Source of the DNA: Octopus sinensis
Taxonomy: Eukaryota
Assembly (NCBI RefSeq): GCF_006345805.1
Contig: NC_042999.1
Location: 129,890,001-129,954,000 of the forward strand
Direction: 5' to 3'
Length of the DNA: 64,000 nt
Shown: positions 1 through 12,382 of the stretch, piece by piece
Layout of the letters: each line of letters opens with the position of its first letter
Position numbering within the stretch: the stretch's first letter is position 1
Notes under the pieces: generated by a model
Told to the model about the DNA's origin: nothing
What the model saw: only the letters and a program-made list of their open reading frames with translations
The model's database searches: none
Translations under genes and position numbers: made by a program

Positions 1-738
1 TTGACAGTTAATTTTCAATTGTTTTAAAGAAATTTTTAATAAGGTTTATTAATTACTTTTTCCTAAAGCTTTATGCCTGTCATTCAGTACATCAACCTTA
101 ACTTATCTAAATTCATGCCATTGACCAACTGTTTTCCCTTTAGACCCTTTTTTTTTTTCATTTTCAGTTAGTTTATCATCTTTTGCAAACGTTGGTAGCT
201 AATCTAAATAAAAGGTTAGAAAAGGAATTTTAAAATTAGATTTCCTCCTTAATACTGTTAAGTAAGCAGCACCATAACAACACAATCACAAGCCATCATG
301 TCTTTTAAGAACAAACATACTGTGAGATGAACTTGACAGCTTTATCTGCTAACAGTCATACTCATTATATATCTCCAAAAACAAAACAATTTACATTACT
401 GTATCCTCACTATTCAAGAACAAATACATCAGATTTCCTATAAATTATTTGGCTTAACATTTCTCATAAGCCTTTTATAGATGCAAAAATTTCGAAAAAA
501 AAAACAAAGAATCTGTGAAAAGTTACAAAGGTTGAGATCACTATTCAATGCCAGATGATACTTAGTCCTGAACATCTGTAAACCCTACACAAGGCACAAT
601 CGCTTATTTATCACTATAGAGAACTGCCTAAATTCATATTCTAAATTGTATTAGAACAAAAAAAAAAAAATACTCTTCAACAATACTGAAGATTTCAATC
701 ACCAACTCTTTACAACTGCTGGTATATTAAGCTGTATC

Positions 739-1066
739 CTCTTGTCACACAACTGAAGGACCCCTTTGGTCATGAATGACCATGGGATTGCACCTAGAAA
801 GTTCCCCTCCAAGACACAAGTCTGGGCAAGGTTGTTTATGAAAGACCAGCAGTTGCCCATGCATACCAGTCTCCCCTCTCCACACCACTTATGTTCTCCA
901 AGGGAAGGGCAAAGGCTAACACAGCTTGGCACCAGTGATGTTGCAACTCATTTCTACAGCTAATGTGAAATAAAGCATTTTGCTCAAGAACACAACACGG
1001 TCTGGGAATTGAACTCACTACTTCATGATTGTTAGCCTGACACTAATTACTGGGCCATACACCTTC
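739..1066 (-). mobile_element. tRNA-derived SINE copy
   Basis: Near reverse complement of 9470-9765 (shared CCAAGGGAAGGGCAAAGGC / GGTCATGAATGACCATGGGATTGCACCTAGAAAGTT core); B-box-like GAGTTCAATTCCC on the minus strand. Confidence 0.75.
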
Positions 1067-2109
1067 AATGTCACACAACTAAGGCTACTATAATGGTCTC
1101 TGCTCCTCTAAACTTCCTGAATGTATGCTACTTTTGCTTGAATCACTTCATACATTTGTTTTCTTCTTCCCAAAACCAACAAATGAACATTAGAGTCTCT
1201 ATACAATCTATTTCCTCTAGAATTACAAGCTTCTTGAATTTGTTTTACCTTGTATTACCTTCAATCTGCAACAACTAAAAATGAACATCAACTATAGAAC
1301 TTTCTCCAGTTCCAAAAGAGTCTCAAAAGTCTATAAGCACTGCCTACAGTCTCAAAGAAATAGAATATTTAAGATTAATTTCAACTATTTAGTAATTCTT
1401 ACTCATAAGTATTGACTAAAGCTGAACTAGTCACAGCAATTAATAAGAGAGAAAAGGAAGGGAGCAGTAAGTAAGATGAAACAAAAACGTTACCATTTGG
1501 AACTACTTTGAAAATAGTCAAGAGGAAAAACCCAATAGAAGACAAAACATTACGTACATACTTAGATCTTATATCAAGAATTTTTCATACTGATTTAGTT
1601 GTAACTCTGCTTCACCTATAACAACCATTATTACTTTCTCTTCTGTTACATATTGGACATATCAACATTTCTGTCTCAATCCAGCTCTTCTCCACCCTGT
1701 TTCTCTGGATTTATTCAATCTATGACATCTGTGCATGCCTTAACTACAGATGGTAGCAGTAGTTTGCTTACTGAACTGGTTGTTCTGGCTGTTGACAATC
1801 TGTCGCCTGCTCATCCACATAGTATCTAGTGACATTTGCCATTGATTCAATAAGTTCAGTTGCCATCCACCAGTTCACATCCACCATTCTGCAGCCTATA
1901 ATTTCAATGTACACTGGCTCAAGTGGTTACAGGCTATTTAATCCACAGCTAGGATCCTGACAGGTGCTACTACTCAGGGGCAGAGTAGACCTGGGAACAA
2001 TAATGACAAAAAGGTGGTTCCACACTCCTCAAAAGCCTGTAATTCCTAAACCAGATCCCCGTTACTGGATGCAGTTTAAAGTCATACTAGGATACTGCTG
2101 AAATACACT

Positions 2110-2297
2110 GCCTTTGTTTCACTTGATTTTTAAAACAATGAAGATTTAGAAAAATAACCTTATCATTATTAAGCTGGTGTTTGGAACACAAATTAACATC
2201 AAGTTTTGATAGGTTTTAAATCTGATTACTTGAAAATAGAAACTTTGTAGCATTTAATGAGAGGCAGTCTTAGGGAGGTTGGTAACAAAATAGTTAA
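2110..2297. mobile_element. Degenerate TTAA-type (piggyBac-like) MITE, same family as 28010-28231
   Basis: Shares TTATCATTA..AAGCT.GTGTT.GGAACA.AAATT with 28010-28231 and ends GGTAACAAAATAGTTAA. Confidence 0.5.
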
Positions 2298-2985
2298 AAA
2301 TATGTCTACTTTTATCCAATATTTCTCTCAACATGAACCCTACAATTAAAAGGTAACCAAAGCATTTGAAAGAACTTCATTCTCAAACAAACCAGCATGG
2401 AAGATCATGCATAGTCATTCAACATAGCAAAAATAGCAACCAAATTTCCTTGAGTCATACCTATCTTTAAAAAACAGTCATATTGAATAAGGACATATCA
2501 ACATTTCAGTTGCTGAGAAAAAAATGGTTGAAAATGGAATGTCTTTCATCATATGTCTGCCTCAAAAGGGCTGACCCAAGGCTTAATTACAACCAAAGTT
2601 TCAGATTTTTATCAAATAAGCACTTGCTATTTTATATTAAAATGAAGTGTTCCTATGTTCAGATTAATGAAATACAACTATGAAGTAATGTAATACAATT
2701 CTTATTCAGAAGGATTAAGCAAAAGGAAAAAAAAAACCTGAAATACAACTTTCTAATAAGCTTACAGTATTATCAGAATATCAACCTTGCCACGAAAATA
2801 AACTCTTTCAATATTTACATCTAGGCTGTATCAACATTTAACCATCTTATCCTTTTATTAAAACAATAAGGTGTAATTTGGAGGAATTTTAGCTACTATT
2901 TCTAGAAAATCAAACAATCATTCAGGAGCTCATTTATTGGCTAATATTAACAGCTGTTATCGAGAATATTGTGTAAATAATAGGC

Positions 2986-3128
2986 AGAAGCATGGCTATG
3001 TGGTTGAGAACTTTGATTCATAACCAAATAATTTCAGAGTCAGTCCAATAGTGTGACAACTTGGGCAAGTGTCTTCTATGGTCCCAGGTTGAGCAAAGCC
3101 TTGTGAAAGGATCTGGTAGAAAGATTGC
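2986..3128 (+). mobile_element. SINE 5' part (GGCTGTGTGGTAAGAAGC family)
   Basis: TTGGGCAAGTGTCTTCTA...AAAGCCTTGTGAAAGGATCTGGTAGA core, also seen at about 11095, 18703, 48230, 50205 and 62380. Confidence 0.7.
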
Positions 3129-3154
3129 CATATATATATATATTGAGTCAAGTA

Positions 3155-3582
3155 AAATCAAAATCACAATCAGAATCTCAATCAAATCAAAATGGAAATT
3201 GTAGTTGTGGCCGATGCTTGGCTCCCATGCTGGTGGCACACAATAAGCACTATTCATATGTGGGTCACTGCCAGTGCCGCCTGACTGGCTCCCCATGCCA
3301 ATGGCACGTGAAAAGCACCATCCGAACGTGGTCAATGCCAGCCCCCCTGCCCCAACTGGCTCCTGTGCTGGTGGCACATAAAAAGCACCATCCAAACATG
3401 GCCGATGCCCATGCCGCCTGACTGACTCCCGTGCTGGTGGCACATAAAAAAGCACCAGCTGTAGAAAGTTTGCCAAATCAGATTGGAGCCTGGCGCAGTC
3501 TCCTGGCTTGCCAGTCCCCAGTCAAACCGTCTAACCCATGCCAGAATGGAAAATGGACGTTAAACGATGATAATGATGATGA
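3155..3582 (+). mobile_element. 3' UTR fragment of an RTE-type LINE with tandem units and (GAT)n tail
   Basis: Reverse-orientation match to 18937-19800 (GGTGGCAC.TAAAAAGCACC units; ends GACGTTAAACGATGATAATGATGAT). Confidence 0.7.
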
Positions 3583-3963
3583 CACACACACACATATATT
3601 ATATATACATGTGTTTTTATGTACATACATGTCTGTGTTTGTTTACATCAGTGGTCACTTGTACAAGAGTTACAGTTGTTCCTGTCATCAAATATCCAGT
3701 TTGCAATATCTTCAAGGTCATAAAAGATCTCTTACTTTAAAAGCATAAGAGTTAGCATCAGGGAAGGCAGTGAGTTGTAATACAATGCCTCAAATAACAT
3801 ATTCATACAGCTCATGCAAGCATGAAAAAAAAAACAGAAGTTGAATAAATGAATGAACAATATAACTAATGAAATGTTATTTCTTTGGTCAGATGTCTGT
3901 TATGAAGTCAAGAAGCAATAAACAAAGCAGACATACAAAGATCAATATTAAAAAAATATTGTT

Positions 3964-4222
3964 CAGTTATGCTAATAGTTTATGTTTTGTTTACACAGCA
4001 TCCATTATTCACTCTGGAATATTATTAAAAAATGAACCATGAACTAGTTTAATGGCGAAGAGGAGAGTGACTTCCAGTTAGCAAGAGACTTCACTGCCTC
4101 TGGTAAGCAAGAGCAGCGGAAGAAGGTAGATCACAACTGTCTCGTAATACATAACATTTTTCTGACTAATTGCTGTTTCCAGAAATTATCCTCTCAGGTG
4201 ATTAGTGTTGTTCTGTAACATA
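3964..4222. repeat. Copy 1 of a ~260-bp direct repeat (copy 2 at 5748-6004)
   Basis: Colinear with 5748-6004 from CAGTTATGCTAA to TTCTGTAACATA, with scattered substitutions. Confidence 0.9.
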
Positions 4223-5747
4223 TGAAACAATAATAACCACACTGCATCCACTTTCTTTCCTCAATCACTCCTTTGGCTATCTGAGGAGTGAAGTATATTT
4301 GATGCCAAGAGCAGCTGGCATAAACTAGCAAATCTCTGATAAATTAGCTAACTTGAAAATTAGATGAACTGGTAAATATGTGTTGTATGGTAAAAAGATG
4401 TTGTATTATCTTGATTTGGTAGAGATAAGACGATGGCGGTTGGGTAAATGCTGGATTGATGAGAAAAGGTTTGGAATGTCAATCAGATGGTAAGCATGGA
4501 TATTAATCAATGTAGACAGTTTGGAATAGCAAATAATTCTAACATCAGAATGAGGCTTTGATGTCAACAACGACAACAATTTCAGACTGGCGAGGTAAGG
4601 TAAATGCCCTCAGTGCAGAAAAATAGCCATTGGTTGGTTGGAGAAGTTTGGAGATTAGAAGAAACCACAGATAAACTTAAAGAAATAAGGAGGAAAGACT
4701 TTAAGCTAGACTAAAGAAAGTCTTTGATATTCAAATCCAAGAGAAATGAGTGGATGATGGGTAGAGTGGATTCAACACATGCATATATGAAACTCTGTGT
4801 GGTCTTGCAGTGATGGATTAGAGATAACATCTCTTATATGTATTTCTATCCCACATGTGTCACTGTCAATGTATGAGTAAGTGAAGGCATTTTACTGAAG
4901 ATACTCTACTACACACAACCATGAAGAATTGAAGAATTTTGTAACTATACAAAGTAGACTACTTAAAGGCTTTCCTATCAAGATAGAGCTTGATATTTGA
5001 TTTTGGCTGCACTGGTCTAGCCTAGCATATACCTGCATTAGTCACCTTGAGAATACTGTAGTTGAGTGGGTTTCAAAAGATCAAGCCATAAAAACAATTA
5101 GTTTTGTTGGCCTAAAGAGGGAAGATATGCCCATAGCAGTTTTTATTATTATTACTATTAAATTTTAGCACTCTACCATCCTGTGTATATTCTGGACCCC
5201 GTACCTTGAAAGTATGCTCTGGCACTTCACCACCATGTCTCCCATCCCCTCACTGTCTTTCACTCTCTCCATCTGACTGGGTAACCATGCATCTCCTCTA
5301 CAACAACACACCTGTTTGTCCTCATCCTTGTTCAATCTCTTTCCCTCTGACTGGGCAACCATGTAGCTCTTCTACACCAAGACACCTATTTGACACTCTA
5401 ACCTCTCATCACCTGGCATAAGGCCACCTCCTACTATGGCCCCCTCTCAAAGGATCTTTGTCTTGCAAGTTACTTGGTGACCCAGCCAGTGCTAATGCAT
5501 CCAGTCCACACTTTAGATAGGTTAGGGCATCTGCTAAAAAGACCATGCCAAAACAGGCCTTGTCAGTGCTGGTGCTATGTAAAAAATACTCCGTTCACTC
5601 TGTATGGTGGTTGGTGTTGATAAGGGCATCCAGCCATAAAAAACCCTACCAAAACAGACAGTGAAGCCTAGTGTAGTCTTCTGTCTAGCCAGCCCTTGTC
5701 AAACCGGCCAGTATGAAAAATGATGTATGATGATTGACTAAGAAGAC

Positions 5748-6004
5748 CAGTTATGCTAACAGTTTATAGGTTTCGTTACATAGCACCCATTATTCACTCT
5801 GAAATATTATTCAAAAATGAACCATGAACTGGTAAATGATGAAGAGGAGAGGGACTTCCAGTTAGCAAGATACTTCATTACTGTTGCAGAGCAAGAGCAG
5901 GGGAAGAAGGTTGATCACTGCCTCATGACACAAAACATTTTTCTGACTCTTTGCTTGTTTCCAGGAATTATCATCTCAGGTGATTAGTTTTGTTCTGTAA
6001 CATA
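5748..6004. repeat. Copy 2 of a ~260-bp direct repeat (copy 1 at 3964-4222)
   Basis: Shared blocks CCATTATTCACTCTG, AATGAACCATGAACT, GACTTCCAGTTAGCAAGA, CTCAGGTGATTAGT, TTGTTCTGTAACATA. Confidence 0.9.
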
Positions 6005-7240
6005 GTAATCTTAGATAATGTTTATTCTTATCCCTATCAAGTTAGTGTTGACAGAGATACATGTCTGTGCAAATGATGCTTTGTTTTAAGAGACTCAGTT
6101 GTATTGAGATAATGAATAATTGTTCTGAAATGAATATCTGAACCAAAAACAGACCATGAAATGAGATATTTTATCGGCTTATATATATATAAGAAATGAT
6201 AATTATAGAAAGTGACATTACTTATGAAAAAGTTTACACCCCACACACATAACTAAATAATTTTGAAGCAAAAAAAAAAACCCTGAAAAACCATAGTATT
6301 AGACTGAATGAAGAATAGTACACACTAATCACACAAATAGCTCTCAATCTATACTATATTCCTAATAAATCACGAAACCGAGACAATGTATGGAATTACA
6401 TCTAGACATTTTTTTTTTTTACTTTTTAACGCAAAAGATAACTGAAATAATCAAATTACTTAAACATCTATTCGCAAAACATTTGTACAGAGTCAATAAG
6501 CAAAATAATGACAATACTATGAATGTCTCAGTAGAGAGAAAAAAAAAGAAATTGATCGACAACAATTACGTAAATCTATTATTTTTATTACCTAAAAATA
6601 AAATAAAAGATTGTGTTCCATTTTAAAAAAGACGGGAAACAAGGGACGTAACTCGAAGGATGTAAATCGTTTAGGCTAAATTTAGTTACATATCGTAATA
6701 TTAAATCAGACGACTTGAAATTCAGATATTTAACGGTCAGATAAAAACTGGGGTGAAGTTAATAAATATATTTATCTAAATTAAAATGTCATTTTGAATA
6801 TAAAAATAAATGAAAGGGTTTATTCTATTTACCACAAACTATACATTTTATGTTTATAGGCACACATGGCAATGCATACATAACAAGCGATGGAATTTAT
6901 AAATATTTTCTTTTGAATGACAAGAAGCTATACAGAATATTGCATTAGCCCAAGATAACATGAAATAGTTATTATTAAACAATAAAAAAATAAGAGCAAA
7001 ATCGCTTCATCAGTAAAGTAGACAGATAAGCGGGTAATATCTTTTCAATGTTTTTATTTTTTTTTTATCCCTTAATTATACAAGTGATAACAAAGGGGTT
7101 ACAACTACATTATATTTACAAGAGAGAACAAAATAAAAACAAAGACATAGTTTAATAAAAAGCATGATAGAAGCAAATATTAAACATATAAAAAAAAACT
7201 AATGATATTTGAATGCCAGATCGATCATAATGTTAGTTAC

Positions 7241-7439
7241 CTTGCATTGGTTTGCCTTCTTGCGCGCGTACTCTTGTCCAATGTTCAGAAATATTCATGA
7301 TAACTAACGGATGTAAAGATACAGAAACACTTCCAGCTGTGCCAGCAGGAGCAATGACATCACATTCGTCACCATTCTCAACCTCCACACCGGTACCATT
7401 ACTGGTGGACGGTTTGTCCACTTCCATTAAGCACGCCAT
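7241..7439 (-). CDS. COPS6: COP9 signalosome complex subunit 6, exon 1 (MPN domain N-terminus); no downstream exon found in the window
   Basis: MACLMEVD...GSVSVSLHPLVIMNISEHWTRVRAQEGKPMQ matches the CSN6 motif [25 protein letters not shown]. ATG in AAGATGGCG context at 7439; phase-1 donor CAAG|GTAACT at 7240. Confidence 0.93.
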
Positions 7440-7783
7440 CTTGTCATACACACGACAAAGTCGTGCACATAATGTTACCTAAAATTCGATTGAGGTATTT
7501 AGTTTCGTATTTAAATATAAAGTCAGATATATAAATTTATGGTTGACTAAGTAATACCAAATTACAATTCAATTTAAGAAAAAATATTTAAAAATTATTG
7601 TTATAAAATACATATTCTATATGCTGACATTTATAGTTTCATCTATTTTGAGATTTATTTCCTTTCAATCTAAAAATCCAAATAAATAAATAAACAAATA
7701 AATAAATAATTTTACAATGTAAACAACATACAGTTCCCGCTGGTCATAACAAAGCTTCTAAAACGGATTTAGAAAATTCGAAA

Positions 7784-7855
7784 GGTTGCCTTGATATAAT
7801 GTTAGCACATCTAACATGCTCACAGAAGACGTAGGTTCAAGTCCTATCGACAGCT
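7784..7855 (+). mobile_element. tRNA-like head (SINE 5' end or tRNA pseudogene)
   Basis: A-box-like TGATATAATGTTAGC; T-arm GTAGG-TTCAAGT-CCTAT (B box GGTTCAAGTCC); imperfect acceptor stem GTTGCC/GACAGC; no clean anticodon arm. Confidence 0.55.
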
Positions 7856-8624
7856 GCTGATTTATTTTCAATCCAACAGTCTACTTGCTATTATTTATAA
7901 TTATATCTATTTCTAGTTCCACCGTAATAATGTTGACACAGTATTCGGTGTTTTAATACGGTATCCATGTTAAATTAGATATAATGATTATCTTTCGGTA
8001 TTAACACTGCTTCCTTTGGACATAATTAATTTTTGATAAGCCTGCTAGCTATTTGTGACATCAGCGTCTGAAAAAATTCTGATATTGTAACATCAAGCTC
8101 TTACTAAGAAGAGCCAATAACCGAAATCACGTGCTAAAGAGAATTTCAGCGCCCATGACAGATGAATTTCGTCTGCTATGGTCTTGTATGTGATTTTAAG
8201 TACTAAGCACCCGTGAGAGGATCTCTCTCAAGGCTAATAGGGCAGTGTTTGGTGTTCTAACACAGTGTCCATGATAAGATGCATATAACCATTATCTTTC
8301 AGTATTGATTCTGCTTCTGTCGCTAATAATTTCTACATTATATATATATAAAAAGTTCATGTATTCTATGGACTTCCGGTAACTCATGCGTAATGATATA
8401 CAGTGACCGGCCGGAGTTAGTTGAACCATACCTACACATGTGTGCCCCATTGACTTTGTTTCCTCATAACTTTCAGAATGTTTGCTAATGAAATTTTCTA
8501 CAAGTATGCTTCAGATTGTGTAGATTCCAGTTATATCAGAATTTTTGAAATAAATTTTTCAAAACAAAAAATGTATCGTGTATCAGTATGTATGTCTGCT
8601 ATCCCACCAATTTTTATTTTCATA

Positions 8625-8660
8625 CTAGCTTAAGGTTACCCACTCTATGTGCGGGTAAGG
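8625..8660 (-). mobile_element. Helitron-like 3' terminus
   Basis: Minus strand reads TTACCCGC-ACATAGA-GTGGGTAA hairpin, a short spacer, then CTAG|T, the canonical Helitron end. Confidence 0.6.
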
Positions 8661-9469
8661 GTATGGTTGTTACTTTCTGTTTCTTATCACCACATTACAA
8701 GTTCAAGGCAAAAAACATGAATTCTAAATGTTCACTTGAATGAAAGAAGATATTCTGACGTCGGGCGATGGATGTTTTTAGTTGAGAATGCGAGCGAAAA
8801 CTGCCATTCTGTAGTTCGGGTGAGGCATCTACAATGATAAAGCTTGTGGCTGCCAAAATCTTTTTTCCATCAGGGTCACCATTTTATAATGGAAATTGAA
8901 GGCTTGTGATACCTGTGGAGTATCTCCTCCCATTACAATTGTTTCTGTAATCTTAAGGATGTGGAACTCGAAGAAGAAGCTTACAAACAGACATGGTAAT
9001 GGCTACTGGCAAGATCTCTTACAAAATGGCGCTGGCTTCTTGTGCCTCACTACACGTGCATGCATGCATGTATGTATGTATGTATGTATGTACACACACA
9101 TGTATCTGTGAGTGTATGTATGAATGTATGTGTTTTTTCACTAACAAGAAAAGTATGTTTTAGTTCTTGTAAACTTGTTTAACCTGAGGAAGAGAGCAGT
9201 GCCCATAGCTTTCTAGAGTCACTTATGCTGATGAAGTTGGCACAGCCGTGATTCAGTTTAAATAACTTCAAGTTGACAGCAATAGACAAAATGTGGACAG
9301 AGCAAGTTCCAGGGCTTTGCAGTATGGAAGATAAAGATTTTGGTAAAGTGTTTGGCTTTTGTGGATAAGACCTAATAGGAATGATGAGAAGAACAGCAGG
9401 AATAATTGTACTATCAGAAGAAAGACAGAGAAAAGATATAGTGTGTCAGCTGCAAGAAAGTGAAATGTA

Positions 9470-9765
9470 TTAGCATGTAAAAGTTTGAGTTCGATTCCCA
9501 GACTGGACTGTGTTGTGTTCTTGAGCAAGACACTTTATTTCACTCCAGTTCTCTCAGCTGAAGAAACGAGTTGTGGTGTCAGTGGTGCCAAGCTGTATTG
9601 GCCTTTGTCTTTCCCTTGGGGAACATCAGTGTCATGGAGAGGGAAGGCTGGTATGCATGGGTGACTGCTGGTCTTCCATAAACAACCTTGCCTGGACTTT
9701 GTCTCAGAGGGTAACTTTCTAGGTGCAATCCCATGGTCATTCATGACCAAAGGGAGTCTTTACCT
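9470..9765 (+). mobile_element. tRNA-derived SINE copy
   Basis: B box GAGTTCGATTCCC followed by TTGAGCAAGACACTTTATTTCAC core; inverted relative to 739-1066. Confidence 0.75.
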
Positions 9766-11272
9766 TTCTAGGGTGCTAACAACCAGAACCATTTTTTTAG
9801 GCTCCCAGGCAAATCAATGCTCTGGGACCTATATTTATGGGTGGCCAGTCACAGTGTACATAGATTATAACTAGCCCCTGTATACCTATGCTTTAAGACA
9901 ACACTGAGTATTTTCTTACACAGAAAATATGTGGCTTAATGGTTAGAGTGTTGGGCTTGCAAACATAAGGTTTGACTCCTGAGATATATAATGCATTGTG
10001 TCCTTGAGAAAGGTGTTTATTTTGCACTGTTCCAGTTTATTCAGCTGAAATGAGCACCAGCTGGTACAGCTTCCCTTCTCTATCTCCAAGTGTTACATTT
10101 TGGATTTCCATTTGGGTCAAGAATGGGAGAGCCAAGAAAGTGCCTATGTCAACATATAACCACCTAAAACATTTAGTGGAAACCAGGGCCATTCTAAGAG
10201 AATCATAGGCCCCTGGGCAAAGCAATGCACTGAGGCCCCCTAGAGACATAACAACATAAATAGATTAGCATTGGACCCTTAGACTCATGGGACTCCTAGA
10301 CAACTGCCTAGTGTGTTCATGCCATCTTAACTGATCAGGCAAATGATCAGGATTAAAGTATTTTCTGACACTGAAGAAGAATATTAATCATTGGAGAGCA
10401 GTTTTGCCTGTGTAATATATTTGTTGTCATCAAAAAGATCATCAGAGATTGTGGGAACTAGCATTTGTATTAAACTTGAATAGTGTGGCTGTGTATTATT
10501 CACATATGTTGATAATGTATATTGAAAAACCACATCTTTGTTATGCATAGTAACTGTGAGTTTTCTTGTCTCCTATTACAATTCTGTTCACATCTAGAAT
10601 GCATTATAGAAATATAAAATGACTTCTGTACTTGACTGATAGTTAATCAATTGTAGAAAGATTTTGAAGTCAGAATATAAAAGGCTGTAAATAGTTTTAT
10701 AGGCATTTGTCCAATGTTCAAATGCTTGTGTCTATCCATTGCTCTAAGTTGGTGTTGAAAAATTCTATGTTATATCCTTGTCACTGGACCCAATACTCTT
10801 CTTAGAACTACTGCACTTTGGAACCTTTTCCTTCCTCACATGTGTGTTCTAAAGATTAATGAGTCAAATATAATACAATCTGTATAAGTTTGTTTAATTG
10901 CAGATAAAAACACTTATTGATAGAGAATAGAAAGAACAAAATGGGAGTGGGAACATAACTGAGCAGAGTTGATAGAATGTGGATTGAAGAGAATCCAGTC
11001 AACAAACACTTTGGAGTGGTCTGACAGGAAGCTTCATTTTAAGACTAAAATTGCACTGACATAATGAAATCTTTTTTTATGTTATGTTTGTTCAAGTGTG
11101 TGGTTAAGAAGCTCCCTTTACCACCATGTGATTTCAGGTTCAATTGCATTGTGCAGCATATTGGACAAGTGTCTTCTACTATAGTGCCAGTTGCCAACCA
11201 ATGCTTGTGAATGTACTTGGTTGATAGAAACTGCTTGGGGGCCCATTGTATATATGTGTGGAGGTGAGTTGA

Positions 11273-11698
11273 CTCCCAGGTGCTATACCGCAGTGAACTA
11301 GGGAACAAACAAAACACATACATTAAGCATGTGAGATCAATAATATTTACAACACTAGCAATTCGTAATTGACTTTAATCTTATGTATGCATTGCTGTAG
11401 TATACCAGCAAATAATTTTTACACTATCTATATGTAGCCATAGACAGACAATACAGTTCATCCCCAGTTTGATTCTGGTATGTGATGTTGATAAGCCACA
11501 AAAATGGTGAAATATTAGTATCCATAACTGTTGGGTTTGATCAGAGGTAAGTTGCCTGGGCTGTCTATGACTTTTAGATGTTTTAACACTCAGCAAAATG
11601 AGTGAATCATTCTCCAGGTGTTATATCGCAGTAAACTGGTGAACAAAGAAAACACATACATTGAGCATGTGTGGTTGGTAATATTTACAAAACTAGCA
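11273..11698. repeat. ~88-bp direct repeats (11273-11360 and 11612-11698) flanking ~250 bp
   Basis: CCAGGTG.TATA.CGCAGT.AACT.G.GAACAAA.AAAACACATACATT.AGCATGTG...TAATATTTACAA.ACTAGCA occurs twice. Confidence 0.8.
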
Positions 11699-12382
11699 CT
11701 GTTTTTAATTCATTATTAAATATATATATATATACATGTGTGTGTGTAAAAGATTATAAAGGCCATATTTTTCAACTGATTGCACTGAAATTTTACACAT
11801 AGGTAAAAGACATCACAGTGGGTGCATCATTTAAATTTCATAACATAATCATTAATTTCAAAGTGAGATTTGCCCTTTTTTAATCAAAATCTTGATGGAA
11901 AATCCGATTACAATAGTGCTTATTGGCTATCATTTTGTAAATCATGTACAAACAGTAGCTATGTTCATCCAGTCAGTATCAGAGCATTAATTGCATTAAG
12001 CTTTATAAGCAATTTCATGAAAGGACATATGTGATTGCAGTAAAAATTGATATCATTCTAGAATGAACTGTATTCGAACATGTGCATCCAGGCATGTCAC
12101 TCTGTGTTTAATAAATAAGCTGACACAAAAGAGCAAGAAGACAAGACAGTTATTTTGAATAAGTAAAAATGAAATAAGATATTAACTTTAACGAATAGAT
12201 GGCACTAATTGGCAATCAATTAACTGTGTGAATATTTTCTCACAACAAAATTCAGTTGACAGTAGAAAACGACAAATTGATTGATAATTGAGCATGGAAA
12301 TTTAGGTGACAAATATCTAAACTTTAGCTAAGTTTCTTATATAAAACAGAAAATGAATGGTATTTTTTGATTTTTGTGTAAC

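Noticed and set aside
5748-6004. RNase MRP, box C/D or H/ACA identity for the 260-bp repeat
   Set aside because: Candidate boxes (GGAAGTCCC, ATGATGA, terminal CTGA) are not conserved between the two copies, and the shared terminal ACA is on the strand opposite the host intron.
1-7240. COPS6 exon 2 (expected VIGALIGKQ.GRNIE.MNSFEL)
   Set aside because: Not found by eye; acceptor-like sites near 2738 and 6283 lead into poly-T. Probably outside the window.
7233-7451. COPS6 ORF boundaries as given in the ORF track
   Set aside because: The track starts at a GTG and reads past the splice donor; the exon is ATG 7439 to 7241.
7784-7855. Functional tRNA gene
   Set aside because: Mismatched acceptor stem and no canonical anticodon arm; better treated as a SINE head or pseudogene.
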